64,000 bases of DNA from Octopus sinensis (taxonomy: Eukaryota), in contig NC_043006.1 in the NCBI RefSeq assembly GCF_006345805.1, positions 4,092,001 to 4,156,000 of the forward strand, in the 5' to 3' direction. The first letter of the stretch is position 1, and each line of letters begins with the position of its first letter. This document shows positions 1 to 12,200 of the stretch, one piece after another. Made by a program: the position numbers and the translations under genes. Under the pieces are notes generated by a model, which saw nothing but the letters and a program-made list of their open reading frames with translations, had not been told where the DNA came from and searched no databases.

Positions 1-2581
1 CCCTCTTTGATCTCTTTCGGCACCCTCTTTGATCTCTTTCGGCACCCTCTTTGATCTCTTTCGTGACTCCTCTTTGATCTCTTTCAGGACTCCCCTTTGA
101 TGTCTTTTGGCACCCTCTTTGATCTGTTTCGGCACCCTCTTTGATCTGTTTCGGCACCCACTTTGATCTCTTTCGGCACCCTCTTTGATCTCTTTCGGGA
201 CTCCTCTTTGCTCTCTTTCGGCACTCTTTGATGTCTTTCGGCACCCTCTTTGTTCTCTTTTGGCATGCACTTTGATCTTTTTCGGAACACCTCTGATCTC
301 TTTCGGCACACTCTTTGATTTCTTTCGCACCCTCTTTGATCTCTTTCCGGAGCCTCTTTGATCTCTTTCGGCACCCTCTTTGATCTCTTTCGTGACTCCT
401 CTTTGATCTCTTTCGTCACCCTATTTGATCTCTTTCGGTACCCACTTTGATCTCTTTCGGCACCCTCTTTGATCTCTTTCGGCAACCTCTTTGATCTCTT
501 TCGTGACTCCTCTTTGATCTCTTTCGTCACCCTCTTTGATCTCTTTCGGCACCCTCTTTGATCTCTTTCGGCACCCTCTTTGATCTCTTTCGACACCCAT
601 TTTGATCTCTTTCGGGACTCCTCTTTGATCACTTACGACACCCACTTTGATCACTTCCGGGACTCCCCTTTGATGTCTTTCGGGACCCCCCTTCGATCTC
701 TTTTGGGACGCCTCTTTGATCTCTTTCGGGACTCCTCTTTGATCTCTCTCGGGACCCTCTCTGATCTCTTTCGGGTCTCCTCTTTGATCACTTTCGGGAC
801 TCCTCTTTGATCTCTTTCGGCACCCTCTTTGATCTCTTTCGGCACCCACTTTGATCTGCTTTGGGACTCCTCTTTGATCACTTTCGGGACTCCTCTTTGA
901 TCACTTACGGCACCCTCTTTGATCTTTTTCGGCACCTACTTTGATCTCTTTCGTGACTCCTCTTTGATGTCTTTCGGCACCCTCTTTGATCTGTTTCGGC
1001 ACCATCTTTGATCACTTTCTGGACTCCCCTTTGAAGTCTTTCGGGACACCCCTTTGAACTTTTTCGGGACTCCTCTTTGATCACTTTCGGGACTCCACTT
1101 TGATCTCTTTCGGGACTCCTCTTTGATCACTTTCAGGACTCCTCTTTGATCTCTTTCGAACCCACTTTGATCTCTTTCGTGACTCCTCTTTGCTCTCTTT
1201 CGCACCCACTTTGATCTCTTTCGGGTCTCCTCTTTGATCTCTTTCGGGACTCCCATTTGATGTCTTTCGGGACTCCTCTTTGATCTCTTTCGGGACTCCT
1301 CTTTGATCACATTCGGGACTCCTCTTTGATCTCTTTCGGCACCTACTTTGATGTCTTTCGGGACTCCCCTTTGGTCTCTTTCGGGACTCCTCTTTGATCT
1401 GTTTCGTGACTCCTCTTTGCTCTCTTTCGGCACTATCTTTGATGTCTTTCGGCACCCTCTTTGATCTGTTTCGGCACCCACTTTGATTTCTTTCGGCACT
1501 CTCCTTGATGTCTTTCGGCACCCTCTTTGATCTGTTTCGGCACCCACTTTGATGTCTTTCGGGACTCCTCTTTGATCTCTTTCGGGACTCCTCTTTGATC
1601 ACATTCGGGACTCCTCTTTGATCTCTTTCGGCACCTACTTTGATCTCTTTCGGCACCCTCTTTGATCTCTTTCGGCACCTACTTTGATCTCTTTCCTGAC
1701 TCCTCTTTGATCTCTTTCGGCACTCTCTTTGATCTCTTTCGGCACCCTCTTTGCTCTCTTTCGGCACTCTCTTTGATGTCTTTCGGCACCCTCTTTGATG
1801 TCTTTCGGCACTCTCTTTGATGTCTTTCGGCACCCTCTTTGATCTGTTTCGGCACCCACTTTGAACTCTTTCGGGACTCCTCTTTGATCACTTTCGTGAC
1901 CCTTCTTTGCTCTCTTTCGGCACTCTCTTTGATGTCTTTCGGCACTCTCTTTGATCTCTTTCGGCACCCACTTTGATCTCTTTCGGGACTCCTCTTTGAT
2001 CACTTTCGGGACTCCTCTTTGCTCTCTTTCGGCACTCTCTTTGATCTCTTTCGGCACCCTCTTTGCTCTCTTTCGGCACCCTCTTTGATCTCTTTCGGCA
2101 CTCTCTTTGATGTCTTTCGGGACTCCTCTTTGATCTCTTTCGTGACTCCTCTTTGCTCTCTTTCGGCACTCTCTTTGATCTCTTTCGGGACTCCAATTTG
2201 AACTCTTTCGGGACTCCTCTTTGATCACTTTCGGCACCCTCGTTGATCTCTTTCGGGACTCCACTTTGATGTCTTTCGGCACCCTCTTTGATCTCTTTCG
2301 GCACACTCTTTGATCTCTTTCAGGACTCCCCTTTGATGTCTATCGCCCCCCTCTTTGATCTTTTTCGGCACCCTCTTTGATCTCTTTCGGCACCATCTTT
2401 GATCTCTTTCGGCACCCTCGTTGATCTCTTTCGGGTCTCCACTTTGATCTCTTTCGGCACCCTCTTTGATCTCTTTCGGAACGTTCTTTAATCTCTTTCG
2501 GCACCCACTTTCATCTGTCTCGGCAGTTTGTTTGATCTTTTTCGCGACCCTCTTAGATTTCCTCTTTGATCTCTTTCGGCA
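1..2581. repeat. Tandem satellite of 22/23-bp units (CCCTCTTTGATCTCTTTCGGCA / CTCCTCTTTGATCTCTTTCGGGA), pyrimidine-rich on + strand
   Basis: Units start at 1, 23, 45...; 22-aa periodic pseudo-ORFs (three 22-bp units = 66 bp) on the minus strand; array decays over the last ~250 bp and runs off the window's left edge. Confidence 0.95.
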
Positions 2582-5500
2582 GTGTTAGGGTTAGTGTTAA
2601 GGTTGAGGATCGGGTTAGAGTTAGGTTTACTTTTAGGGTTAGGCTTAGGCATAGGGTTAGGTTTAGGGTTAGGTTAGGGGCTAGGTGTTAGGGTTAGGGT
2701 TGAGGGCTAGGAGTAGGGTTACGGGTTTAGGGTGATGATTAGCATGAGAGATTTAGGGTTAGAGTATCGGGTTTAGGGTTATAGGGTTTGGGTTATGGTT
2801 AGGGTTTCGGGATTACCGTTAGGGTTAAGGGGTTAGTGGTTTGGGTTAGGGCTAGGGTTAGAGCTAAGGTTATGGCTAGGGTTGGGGTTAGGGTTAGGAG
2901 TTAGGGTTGGGGTTGGGGTTAGGTTGGGGTTAAAGTTTGGGTTAGAGTTGGGGTTATGGTTAGAGTTTAGGGTTGGAGTTAGGGGTTAAGGGTTATCGGT
3001 TAGGGTAAGGGTTTAGGAGTTAGGGTTAGGGTTAGGGGTTAGGGTTGGGGTTAGGTTTAGGGTTTGAGTTTGTGTTAGGGTTAAGGTTTAGGGTTAGGGT
3101 TTGGGTTAGGGTTAGGGTTTGGGTTAGGGTTAAGGGTTAGGTTTAGTGTTACTGTTAAGGTTAGGGTTAGGGGTTAGGGTTAGGGTTAGGGGTTAAGGTT
3201 AGTGTTAGGAGTTAGGGTTAGGGTTGGGTTAGGGTTTAGGGTTAGGGTTAAGGTTAAGGGTTAGGGGTTAGGGGTTAGTGTTTGGGTTAGGGTTAGGTTT
3301 AGGGTTTAGGGTTAGGGTTAGGGATAGGGTTAGGGTTAGGGTTGGGTTAGGGTTTGGGTTAAGTTTAGGGTTAGGGTTATGTTTAGGGGTTAGGGTTAGG
3401 CTTATGGTTAAGGGTTAGGGCTAGGGTTAGGGGTTAGAGGTTAGGGTTAGGGTTAGGGGTTAATGGTTATGTTAGTTTTAGCATTAAGGGTTAGGGTTAA
3501 GGGCTAGGGTTAGCGTTAGGGTTAGGGGTTAGGTTTAGGGTTAGGGGTAGGGGTAGGTTTCGGTTTAGGGTTATATTTAGGGTTTGGTTTAGTTTTAGGG
3601 TTAGGTTTAGTGTTTGGCTTATGTTTAGGGTTCGGGTTAGTGTTTGGCTTAGGGCTAGTTTTAGGGTAATGTTTAGTGCGAGGGTTAGGTTTAGGGTTAG
3701 GTTTAAGGTTTGGGTCAGGGTTAGGATTAGGGTTGGGGTAGGGTTCGGTTTAGGTTTGGGGTTATATTTCGGGTTAGGGTTAGGTTTAGTGTTAGGCTTA
3801 TGTTTAGGGTTAGATTTAGTATGAGTCTTAGGGTTAGGTTTAGGGTTAAACATAGCGTTAGGTTTAGGGTAGGTTGAGGGTTAGTTTTAGGGTTAGGTTT
3901 AAGGTTAGGGTTACGGTTATGTTTAGGGTTAGGGTTAAGTTTAGGGTAGGTTCAGTGTTAGTTTTAGTGTTAAGATTAGGGTTAAGTTTCGGTATAGGGT
4001 TAGTTTTAGGGTTAGGCTTAGGTTTAGGGTTAAAGTTAGGTTTAGTGTTTTGGCTAGGGTTAGGCTTAGATGTAGGTTTAGGTTTAGGGTTAGGGTTCGT
4101 TTTAGTGTAGGTTTAGTGTTAGGGTTAGTTTTGGGGTTAGGTTTAGTGTTAGGTTTAATGTTTGGGTTGGGGTTAGGTTTAAGGTTAGTGTTAGGGTAAG
4201 TTTGAGGGTTAGGGTTGTGTTTAGGGTTAGGTTTAGGGTTAGGTTTAGGGTTAGTTTTAGGGTTAGACTTAGGGTTAGATTTAGCGTTGGGTTTAGAGGT
4301 AGGTTTAGTTTTAGAGTAGGTTTAGTGTTAGGGTTAGTCTTAGTGTTAGGCTTAGGGTTTGGGTTAGGTTTAGGGTTAAGTTTAGGGTTAGGTTTAAGTT
4401 TAGGTTTAAGGTTGGGGTTAGGGTTAGGGTTAGGGTTGGGTTTAGGGTTAGTTTTAGGGTTAGGTTTAAGGTTTTGGTTTGGGTCAGGTTTAGGGTTGGG
4501 GCTAGGGTTAGGTTTAGGGTTAGTGTTAGGTTTAGGGTCAGTTTTAGTGTTAGGGTTATGTTTAGGGTTGCTTTTAGGTTAGGGTTAGTGTTAGGGTTAG
4601 TTTTAGGATTAGGTTTAATGTTTTGGATTAGGGTTAGGTTTAGGGTTTGTGTTAGGTTTAGGTTTAGGGTAGGTTTAGGGTTAGGTTTAGGGTTAGGTTT
4701 AGGGTTAGTGTTAGGGATAGGTTTTTGTGTTATGATTAGGGTTAGGTTTACAGTTTGGGTTAGGGTTAGGTTTAGCTTTAGGTTTATGGTTACTGTCAGT
4801 TTTAGAGTGGGTTTATGATCAGAGTTAGTTTTAGGGTTATGTTTAGGGTTATGTTTATGGTTAGGGTTAGGTTTAGAGTTAGGGTTATGGGTAGGTTTAG
4901 GGTTAGGATTAGGTTTACGGTTAGTTTTAGGGTTCGGGTTAGTTTTAGGGTTAGTTTTAAGGGTTGGGTTAGGTTTCGGTTCAGGGTTAGCGTTAGGTTT
5001 AGGTTTAGTTGTAGGGTTTGTGTTAGGTTTAGGGTTATTTTTATTGTAAGGGTTAGTGTTAGGGTTAGGTTTAGTGTTAGGTTTAAGGTTTAGGTCAAGA
5101 TTAGGTTTAGTGTTAGGGGTAGGGTTAGGTTTCGGTTTAGGGTTATATTTAGGGTTTGGTTTAGTTTTAGGGTTAGGTTTTAGTGTTTGGCTTATGTTTA
5201 GGGTTAGGGTTAGGGTTCGGTTTAGGGTTTGGTTTAGGGTTTCGGTTAGGGTTAGGGTCAGGGTTGCATTTAGGGTTAGGTTTGTGGTAGTTTGAGGGTT
5301 AGTTTTAGGGTTAGATTTAAGGTTAGGTTTGGGGTTAAGTTTAGGGTTAGGGTTAGGTTTAGGTTTAGATTTAGCGTTAGGGTTAGTGTCAGGGTTATGT
5401 TTCGGCTTAGGGTTATCTTTAGGGTAGGTTTAGTGTTAATTTTAGTGTTAGGATTAGGGTTAAGGTTAAGTTTAGTGTTAGTTTTAGGGTTAGGCTTAGG

Positions 5501-8500
5501 TTTAGGGTTAGGATTAGGGTTAAAGTTAGGTTTAGGGTTTTTTCTCGGGTTAGGGTTAGATTTAGGGTTAGGTTTAGGGTTAGGGTTTTTTGTAATGTAG
5601 GTTTAGTGTTAGGGTTCATTTTAGGGTTAGGTTTAGGGTTAGGGTTATGTTTAGGCTTAGGTTTAGATTTAGAGTTAGGGTTAGTTTTTGGGTTACAGTT
5701 AGTGTTACAGTTAGGTTTAGGGTTAGGTTTCAGTTTTGGGTTAAGGTTAGGTTTAGTGTTAGTGTTTGTGTTAGGTTTAGGGTTAGGGTTAGGTTTAGGG
5801 TTAGGGTTAGGGTTAGGGTTAGGTTTAGGGTTAGGTTTCAGTTTTGGGTTAAGGTTAGGTTTAGTGTTAGTGTTTGTGTTAGGTTTAGGGTTAGGGTTAG
5901 GTTTAGGTTTAGTTTTAGGGTTAGGCTTAGGTTTAGTGTTAGGCTTAGGGTTAAAGTTAGGTTTAGGGTTAGATTTAGGGTTTTGGCTAGGGTTAGTGTT
6001 AGATTTAGGGTTACGTTTGGGGTTAGGGTTAGTTTTAGGAAAGGTTTAGTGTTCGAGTTAGTTTTGGGGTTACGTTTAGGGTGAGGGTTACGTTTACGCT
6101 TTGGTTTAGTGTTAGTTGTAGGGTTACGTTTTTGCTTTGGGTTAGGGTAAGTTCTAAGGTTAGGTATAGAGTTAGGTTTAGCGCAAGTGTTACTTTTAGG
6201 GTAGGTTTAGGTTAGGGTTAGTTTTAAGGTTAGGTTTAGTTTATGTTAGGTTTAGGGTTCGGGTTAAATTTAGGGTTAGGTTTAGGGTTAGTGTTAGGGT
6301 TAGGTTTAGTCTTAGTTTTAGGTTTAGTCCTTGGGTTAGTGTTAGTTTTAGAGTTAGGGTTAGGTTTAGGGTTAGATTTAGGGTTTTGTTTAGACTTACG
6401 GCTAGGGTTAGATTTAGGGTTAGGTTTTAGGTTTATGGGCAGTTGTAGGGTAGGTTTAGGATTAGGATTACTTTAAGGGTTAGGTTTAGGGTTTGGATTA
6501 GATTTAGGGTTAGGTTTAGGCTTAGGTTTAGGCTTAGGGTTAGGGTTTGGGTCAGGTTTAGGGTTAGTTTTAAGGTTAGGTTTAGGTTTAGATTTAGTTT
6601 TAGGTTTAGGGTTAGGGTTAGTTTTAGGGTTCGATTTAAGGTTTAGGGTTAGGGTTAGGGTTTGGGTTAGGGTTAGCATTAGGTTTAGGTTTAGGGTTAG
6701 GGTAGGGTGAGGTTTATTGTTAGGGTTAGGTTTAGGGTACGTTTAGGGTTAGTTTTTCGGTTAGGTTTAGGGCTAGTGTTAGGGTTTGGCTTAGGGTTAG
6801 GTTTAGGCTCGGGTATAGGTTAGTGTTAGGTTTAGCGTTTGGGTTAGTTTTAATGTAGGTTTAGGTTAGGGTTAGTTTTAGGGATAGGCTTAGGGTTAGG
6901 TTTAGGGTTTGGTTTAGTTTTTGGGATATGTGTAGGTTTAGGGTTAGGGTTAGTTTTAGGGATAGGCTTAGGGTTAGGTTTAGGGTTTGGTTTAGTTTTT
7001 GGGATATGTGTAGGTTTAGGGTTAGGGTTAGTTTTAGGGTAATTTTTAGGGTTAGGGTTAGGTTTAGGGTTAGTTTTCGTATTTGGGTTAGTGTTAGGGT
7101 TAGGTTTAGGGTTAGGTTCAAGGATTGGGTTAGGGTTAGTGTTAGGGTTAGTATCAGGGTAAGGGTTAGGGTTAGGGTTACTGCTAGGTTTAGGGTTAGG
7201 GTACGTTTAGGGTTAGCTTTAGGGTTCGGTTTAGGGTTAGGGTTAGGTTTAGGTTTAGTTTTAGGGTTAGGCCTATGTTTTGGGTTAGGGTTGGGGTTAA
7301 AGTTAGGTTTAGGGTTAGGTTTAGGGTTTTGGCTAGGGTTAGGGTTAGATTTAGTGTTAGGTTTAGGGTTAGGGTTAGTTTTCGGGTAGGTTTAGGGTTA
7401 GGGTTAGTTTTAGGGTTATATTTAGGCTTAGGTGTAGGGTTAGGGTTAGTTTTAGGGTTAGTGTTAGGGTTTGTCTTAGGTTTAGGTTTAAGTTTTGGGT
7501 TAGGGTTAGGTCTAGGGTTAGGTTTTGGGTTAGGTTTAGCGTTAGGGTTAGTTTTAGTGTAGATTTAAGTTACGTTTAGATTTAGGATTAGGTTTAGGGT
7601 TCGCGTTAGTTTTAAGGTTAGGTTTAGGGTTAGGGTTAGGTTTAGGTTTAGGGTTAGTTTTAGTGTTATGGTTAGTGTTAGGTTTAGTGTTAGGGCTAAG
7701 GTTAGGGTTAGGGTTAGGGTTAGGTTTCGAGTTAGGGTTAGGTTTAGGGTTAGATTTCGGGTTTTGGTTAGGTTTAGGGTTAGGGTTAGTTTTAGGGTAG
7801 GTTTAGTGTTAAGGTTAGTTTTAGGGTTAGGTTTAGAGTTTAGGTTAGGTTTAGGGTTATGTTTAGGGTCTGTTTTAGGGTTAGGGTTAGGTTTTGGGTT
7901 AGTTTTAGGGTTAGTGTTAGTTTTAGTGTTAGTTTTAAGGTTTAGGTTTAGGGTTTGGCTTAGGGTTAGTGTAGGGTTAGGTTTTGGGTTAGGTTTAGTC
8001 TTAGGGTTAGGGTTAGGGTTAGGGTTATGTTTAGGGTTAAGGTTAGCTTTAGGGTTAGCTTTAGTGTTTAGGTTTTAGGGTTGGGGTTAGGGTTAGGTTT
8101 AGGGTTAGGATTAGTTTTAGGGTAGGTTTAGAGTTAAGGTTAGTTTTAGGGTTAGGTTTAGAGTTTAGGTTAGTTTTAGGGTTATGTTTAGGCTTAGGTT
8201 TAGTGTTAGGGTTAGGTTTTGGATTAGGTTTAGGGTCTGTTTTAGGGTTAGGGTTAGGTTTTGGGTTAGTTTTAGGGTTAGTGTTAGTTTTAGGGTTAGT
8301 TTTAAGGTTTAGGTTTAGGGTTTGGCTTAGGGTTAGTGTAGGGTTAGGTTTTGGGTTAGGTTTAGTCTTAGGGTTAGGGTTAGGGTTAGGGTTATGTTTA
8401 GGGTTAGTGTTAGCTTTAGGGTTAGCTTTAGTGTTTAGGTTTTAGGGTTAGGGTTTGGGTTGGGTTAGTGTTAAGGTTAATGTTACTGTTAGAGTTTAGG

Positions 8501-8580
8501 GTTTAGGGATAGGGTTAGGGTTCGGTTAAAGTTAGTGTTAGGCTTAGGAATTGGGGTTTAGATTTAGTGTTAGGGTTCGG
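2582..8580 (+). repeat. Degenerate interstitial telomere-like tract (TTAGGG with TTAGG, TTTAGGG, TTAGTG, TTAGTT variants)
   Basis: ~6 kb dominated by TTAGGG and variants on + strand; internal secondary duplications (about 5710-5800 vs 5820-5900, 6860-6940 vs 6945-7025, 7790-8080 vs 8120-8445). Confidence 0.95.
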
Positions 8581-8889
8581 GGTTTTTTGTGTGTTTTGTT
8601 TTCATTTGGTGACAGAATTGACTTTTTATCATTCTTGTAAATGAGTTTTATAAATTAATGTTTGCAAAGAGAAGCATTTTTTTGCTGTAAATTTGTAAAC
8701 ATTTATACAAATCTGTTGAAACCTAAGTCTTTCTGCAATATTGCTGTTTCGGTTTTATTTTTATTTTTAACTGTTTCGAACGGAGATGGTTACGAGTGCA
8801 TAGCTTTCGCGCTCTCTCCGACGGTTGCGATAACGTTGCCATCGAATGTCAACTTAACTGCAAGTTGAGTTGACAACGGTTGAGTAACC

Positions 8890-8932
8890 ATGAGCAGAGA
8901 GGATATTGTAGAGAGAAGGATTTGTCGAAGTG
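8890..8932 (+). CDS. Possible first coding exon of the ankyrin-repeat gene (MSREDIVERRICRS, phase 1)
   Basis: ATG at 8890 in a locally CpG-richer patch, donor G|GTTAGT at 8933; phase 1 is compatible with the exon at 10807 (G+AT=Asp). Could instead be 5'UTR or non-exonic. Confidence 0.3.
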
Positions 8933-9759
8933 GTTAGTACAGGGTTTATGTTGGAGATTAAGAAGAAACAAGATCACGAGTCAAAGTTGGGTGAGCCTTT
9001 GTGAAAATGGCAAGAGATCAACCCGTTTTTGTGGGAAGTGACCACTATATTTAGGAATGGCTAAGTGAGGAGACATAGCATAAGGCTTGTGTGTGGACTC
9101 CATGACAAATATTAATGCATGCGAATTTGCTCATTTATATCACACACATTCGACTCTGTCCATTTCACACAACTAGTTTCTATGTTTGCAGTTGGACAAA
9201 GAAATTATTCTGAGTTTGTTTAAATCATTCTTATTTTATTTGATTTGTTATTTTAATACAGTATGGTTTTTTTTTTAATTTAAAAAAAAATTAGACACAC
9301 CGAAAACAAGAATAAAAATTACAACCAGTGTTGGACTAATTTTATCATAGTTTTGTTAGCTTTGGCTGCTATTTCTAGCATATGGCTAGCCTGCTTCAAG
9401 GCCTATATATCGAGAGTTATCTCCGCTTACTTGCCATCGAACAGAAAATTTGAAATTAATTGGGACCCCGGATACGTTGCTACGGTTTAAAACTAAACTG
9501 AGGTAAGGCATTTTAATGTCATTTGGGGCCATTTAACGCTTCAATGAACATCCTTTCATCTGTCTGTGTGTCTATAAATTAATGATACGATATTAATTAT
9601 CGTAAATTTGCGTGATCCAATTAGGAAAATAATGTTTTCCTTTATGAAACTTACAAGGGAACTTTCTGGCGGTAACAGAGATGGAGGTAACACAGAGTAG
9701 AGTCTCTGTTAAGTCAGCCTGAAATTTTTCTCTATTCTACATTCCAACCTGCAATTTCC

Positions 9760-10015
9760 CTGTGCGTATATAGACGTGTATATGGAATCTTTGGTGCGCG
9801 CGCGTGTGGATGTGTGCAGATACGGGTGTATATAGTCGTGTTTGTGTGTGCGTATATAGACGTGTTTTACTCATTGCCTCTTTACATATTTTTTTGACAC
9901 ATTTTCCTGTATTTTGCCTTTAGCCCTGTTTTTTCTTGTGCGTATATAGACGTGTGTATGAACCGTTTATTGTGTGCGTATATAGACGTGCGGGTATGCG
10001 GGTATATAGACGTCT
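9760..10015. repeat. Short degenerate minisatellite built on TGTGCGTATATAGACGTG
   Basis: Motif recurs about five times with variable spacers. Confidence 0.6.
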
Positions 10016-10019
10016 GTGT

Positions 10020-10277
10020 TGACCAGACTATCAAATGCTGTTGCACATCGCTGGTCACAATGTGCTTTGCCTCATTTCATCTTTCAAGCAGACCAGTGAG
10101 TGTTCCCCCCCCTAATCATAAGACAAGTCTCTTGGAGGGTGATCCATTTACAGCTGAGTGGACTACAGCAAAGTGAAATGAGGTGTTTTGCTCAAGAATA
10201 AAAGGTACTGCTTAGTATGGGAATTGAACCCACAATCTAGCCACTGTGAGTGCAACACCTTAACCACTACGCCACAC
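10020..10277 (-). mobile_element. tRNA-derived SINE
   Basis: Minus strand GTGTGGCGTAGTGGTTAAGG (A box) ... GGGTTCAATTCCC (B box) followed by CTTGAGCAAAACACCTCATTTCAC core-like segment. Confidence 0.7.
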
Positions 10278-10806
10278 ACACACACACATGTATACATATA
10301 CATAGATGTACATATGTTTGTATATGCATGTATGTTAGCCATTTTTACGTCTGTTTTCCAGGCTAGCATGGGTTAGATGAATATGTATTTGATTATTTCT
10401 GGATCCCCTTCATGTCCTTAACCCTTACCTGTTGCTCAAGTAGGAGATCTCTTATTCCAATGGTCTATTCATCAACGGGAGAAATGATAACAATCTAATC
10501 GCCGAAAGCTAAGAAATTGTCAGAGACAACAAATGTAAACACACACACACACTTGTGTGTGTGTGTGTGTGTGTATGTGTGACCAGTGAGACTGGTGAGC
10601 AGATCAATGTAGCAAACCAAAAGATGCAATAAAATGATAGTTGTTAGGTTTATTAGTGTCAAGAAGAACATTCAGCTCTAAATAATTGTTGAGATAAGCT
10701 GAAGTTTCTAATATTCATGTAATTTCAAATTGCTCTTTATCTCATTTTATAAGTTCTCATTTTATAAGTTTTTAAAAACTATCTTACTTTCCTTTTTATT
10801 CAAAAG

Positions 10807-10892
10807 ATATGGATGTAAATAAGATTATGAGCAACATTCGGAATGGGGACTTTGAAGATGTGAAACGTCTTATGAAAACACAGCCCGAAAAA
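10807..10892 (+). CDS. Ankyrin-repeat protein exon (xMDVNKIMSNIRNGDFEDVKRLMKTQPEK)
   Basis: Polypyrimidine tract+AG at 10805-6, donor GTAAGT at 10893; ankyrin N-cap-like helix pair (NGDFEDVKRLM); ends in phase 0 matching the next exon. Confidence 0.7.
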
Positions 10893-11299
10893 GTAAGTTT
10901 ACCTAACCCTTGTACATAGATAATAGTTGTGATTATCACAGTCGTATTACCTTTTAGATCATAGATCTGCTCATTTACGGCAGCTGATCGAGTAAACCAA
11001 AGTTAAGAATCTTGACAATGATATTGCTTCTTCAATGTTGAATGTTTGTTTATTATTTGATACATAATATTAAATAACCAGATATATTTGTCCATAATAT
11101 TTCATTTCTTTCTTCACCTCTTTCCTCTAATCCTCATCATTTATTTTATAAATATTCAACCAGACAATGAGGCATGCCAGAATTGATGGAATGTGAGTGA
11201 GAGAGAGAAAGCCATCCTCACACACTGTGCAGTGGAGTATTCTGGCAGGAAATTTGTCAGTCCAAGAGATGGGGGACAGATGGATCCGATAGATAAATT

Positions 11300-12200
11300 A
11301 GTGACTTTGTCAAGAAATTCTCTTGCCATACACAGTTAAAAGGTTTTACCGGCGACGTCAAGGGCTACACTATTCCAAAACACTGGGGGAGTCACGTAGG
11401 AATGAGACCCCTGCTTGAACCAGCTTTATGGAACTGTACTGGGGCTCATTGAATAGAGAAAGATAGCCAAAGGGACAAAGATGATGGTTGTTTATGACGT
11501 TTTTACTTCGTAATTGAAATATTGGAAGTTAGAATCAGCAAATAGGACACTATCAGCAAGAATTATAAAACAGGGCTTCTCTAAGAGAGTAGTACTAGCC
11601 TTGGGTAGGGATTGTGGAAAATTTTATAAGGCGGCTGTGGTGGTACAAATATATATAAAACTCAATGTGTAGTTGAGTTTGGATCAGAAACTAAAGTGAA
11701 GCGGTGATGCATCAAACGTTCACTTATTGTGGAGTGGTAGTCACCCATGTCAAGACTAGGACCGAAAGGTAAATTAATCTGACCCCTGTGAGAGAACATT
11801 AAAAACCAGGGATATTGAATGATAGCAAGAAAAGGGGGCATTGAAAAACTATTAGTAAATGAAAAAGGGGCCATAATTGAAAAGTTTAAGAAGCACTAGT
11901 ATGGAATGATTCTAGAGATACTCTTGGTAAGAGACCAGAAAATGTGGCTTTTAATTTTGGAGGGAAGACAGCTGAGAAATGGTGAAATGCAGAAAAAACA
12001 TCCTTTAATTTCTTGATGACCATCATACATGTATTTCAGTGGTAGGTGAATGTCTGCCAGTTTAGTGAGGGTAGGTGTTTTCCTCAAGGTGAAGTCGATA
12101 GTGTGTTGTTTGTACAGGTGTAATAATACAGTTGTGTATGAACCACTCACACCTTCTTACATATTGTAATGGCTACAAACTAATGTAAGAAGCCCTGATA
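11300..12200 (-). mobile_element. Highly decayed non-LTR retrotransposon fragment (tentative)
   Basis: Broken minus-strand frames contain MGDY (endonuclease GDFN-like) and FWSLTKSIS motifs; no long ORF. Confidence 0.3.

Noticed and set aside
84-2306. Long K/E/R-rich ORFs (up to 250 aa)
   Set aside because: They are translations of the 22/23-bp satellite in several overlapping frames, with no splice or codon structure.
3497-8445. LGLG/RVRV/NPNP ORFs
   Set aside because: They are reading frames of TTAGGG variants.
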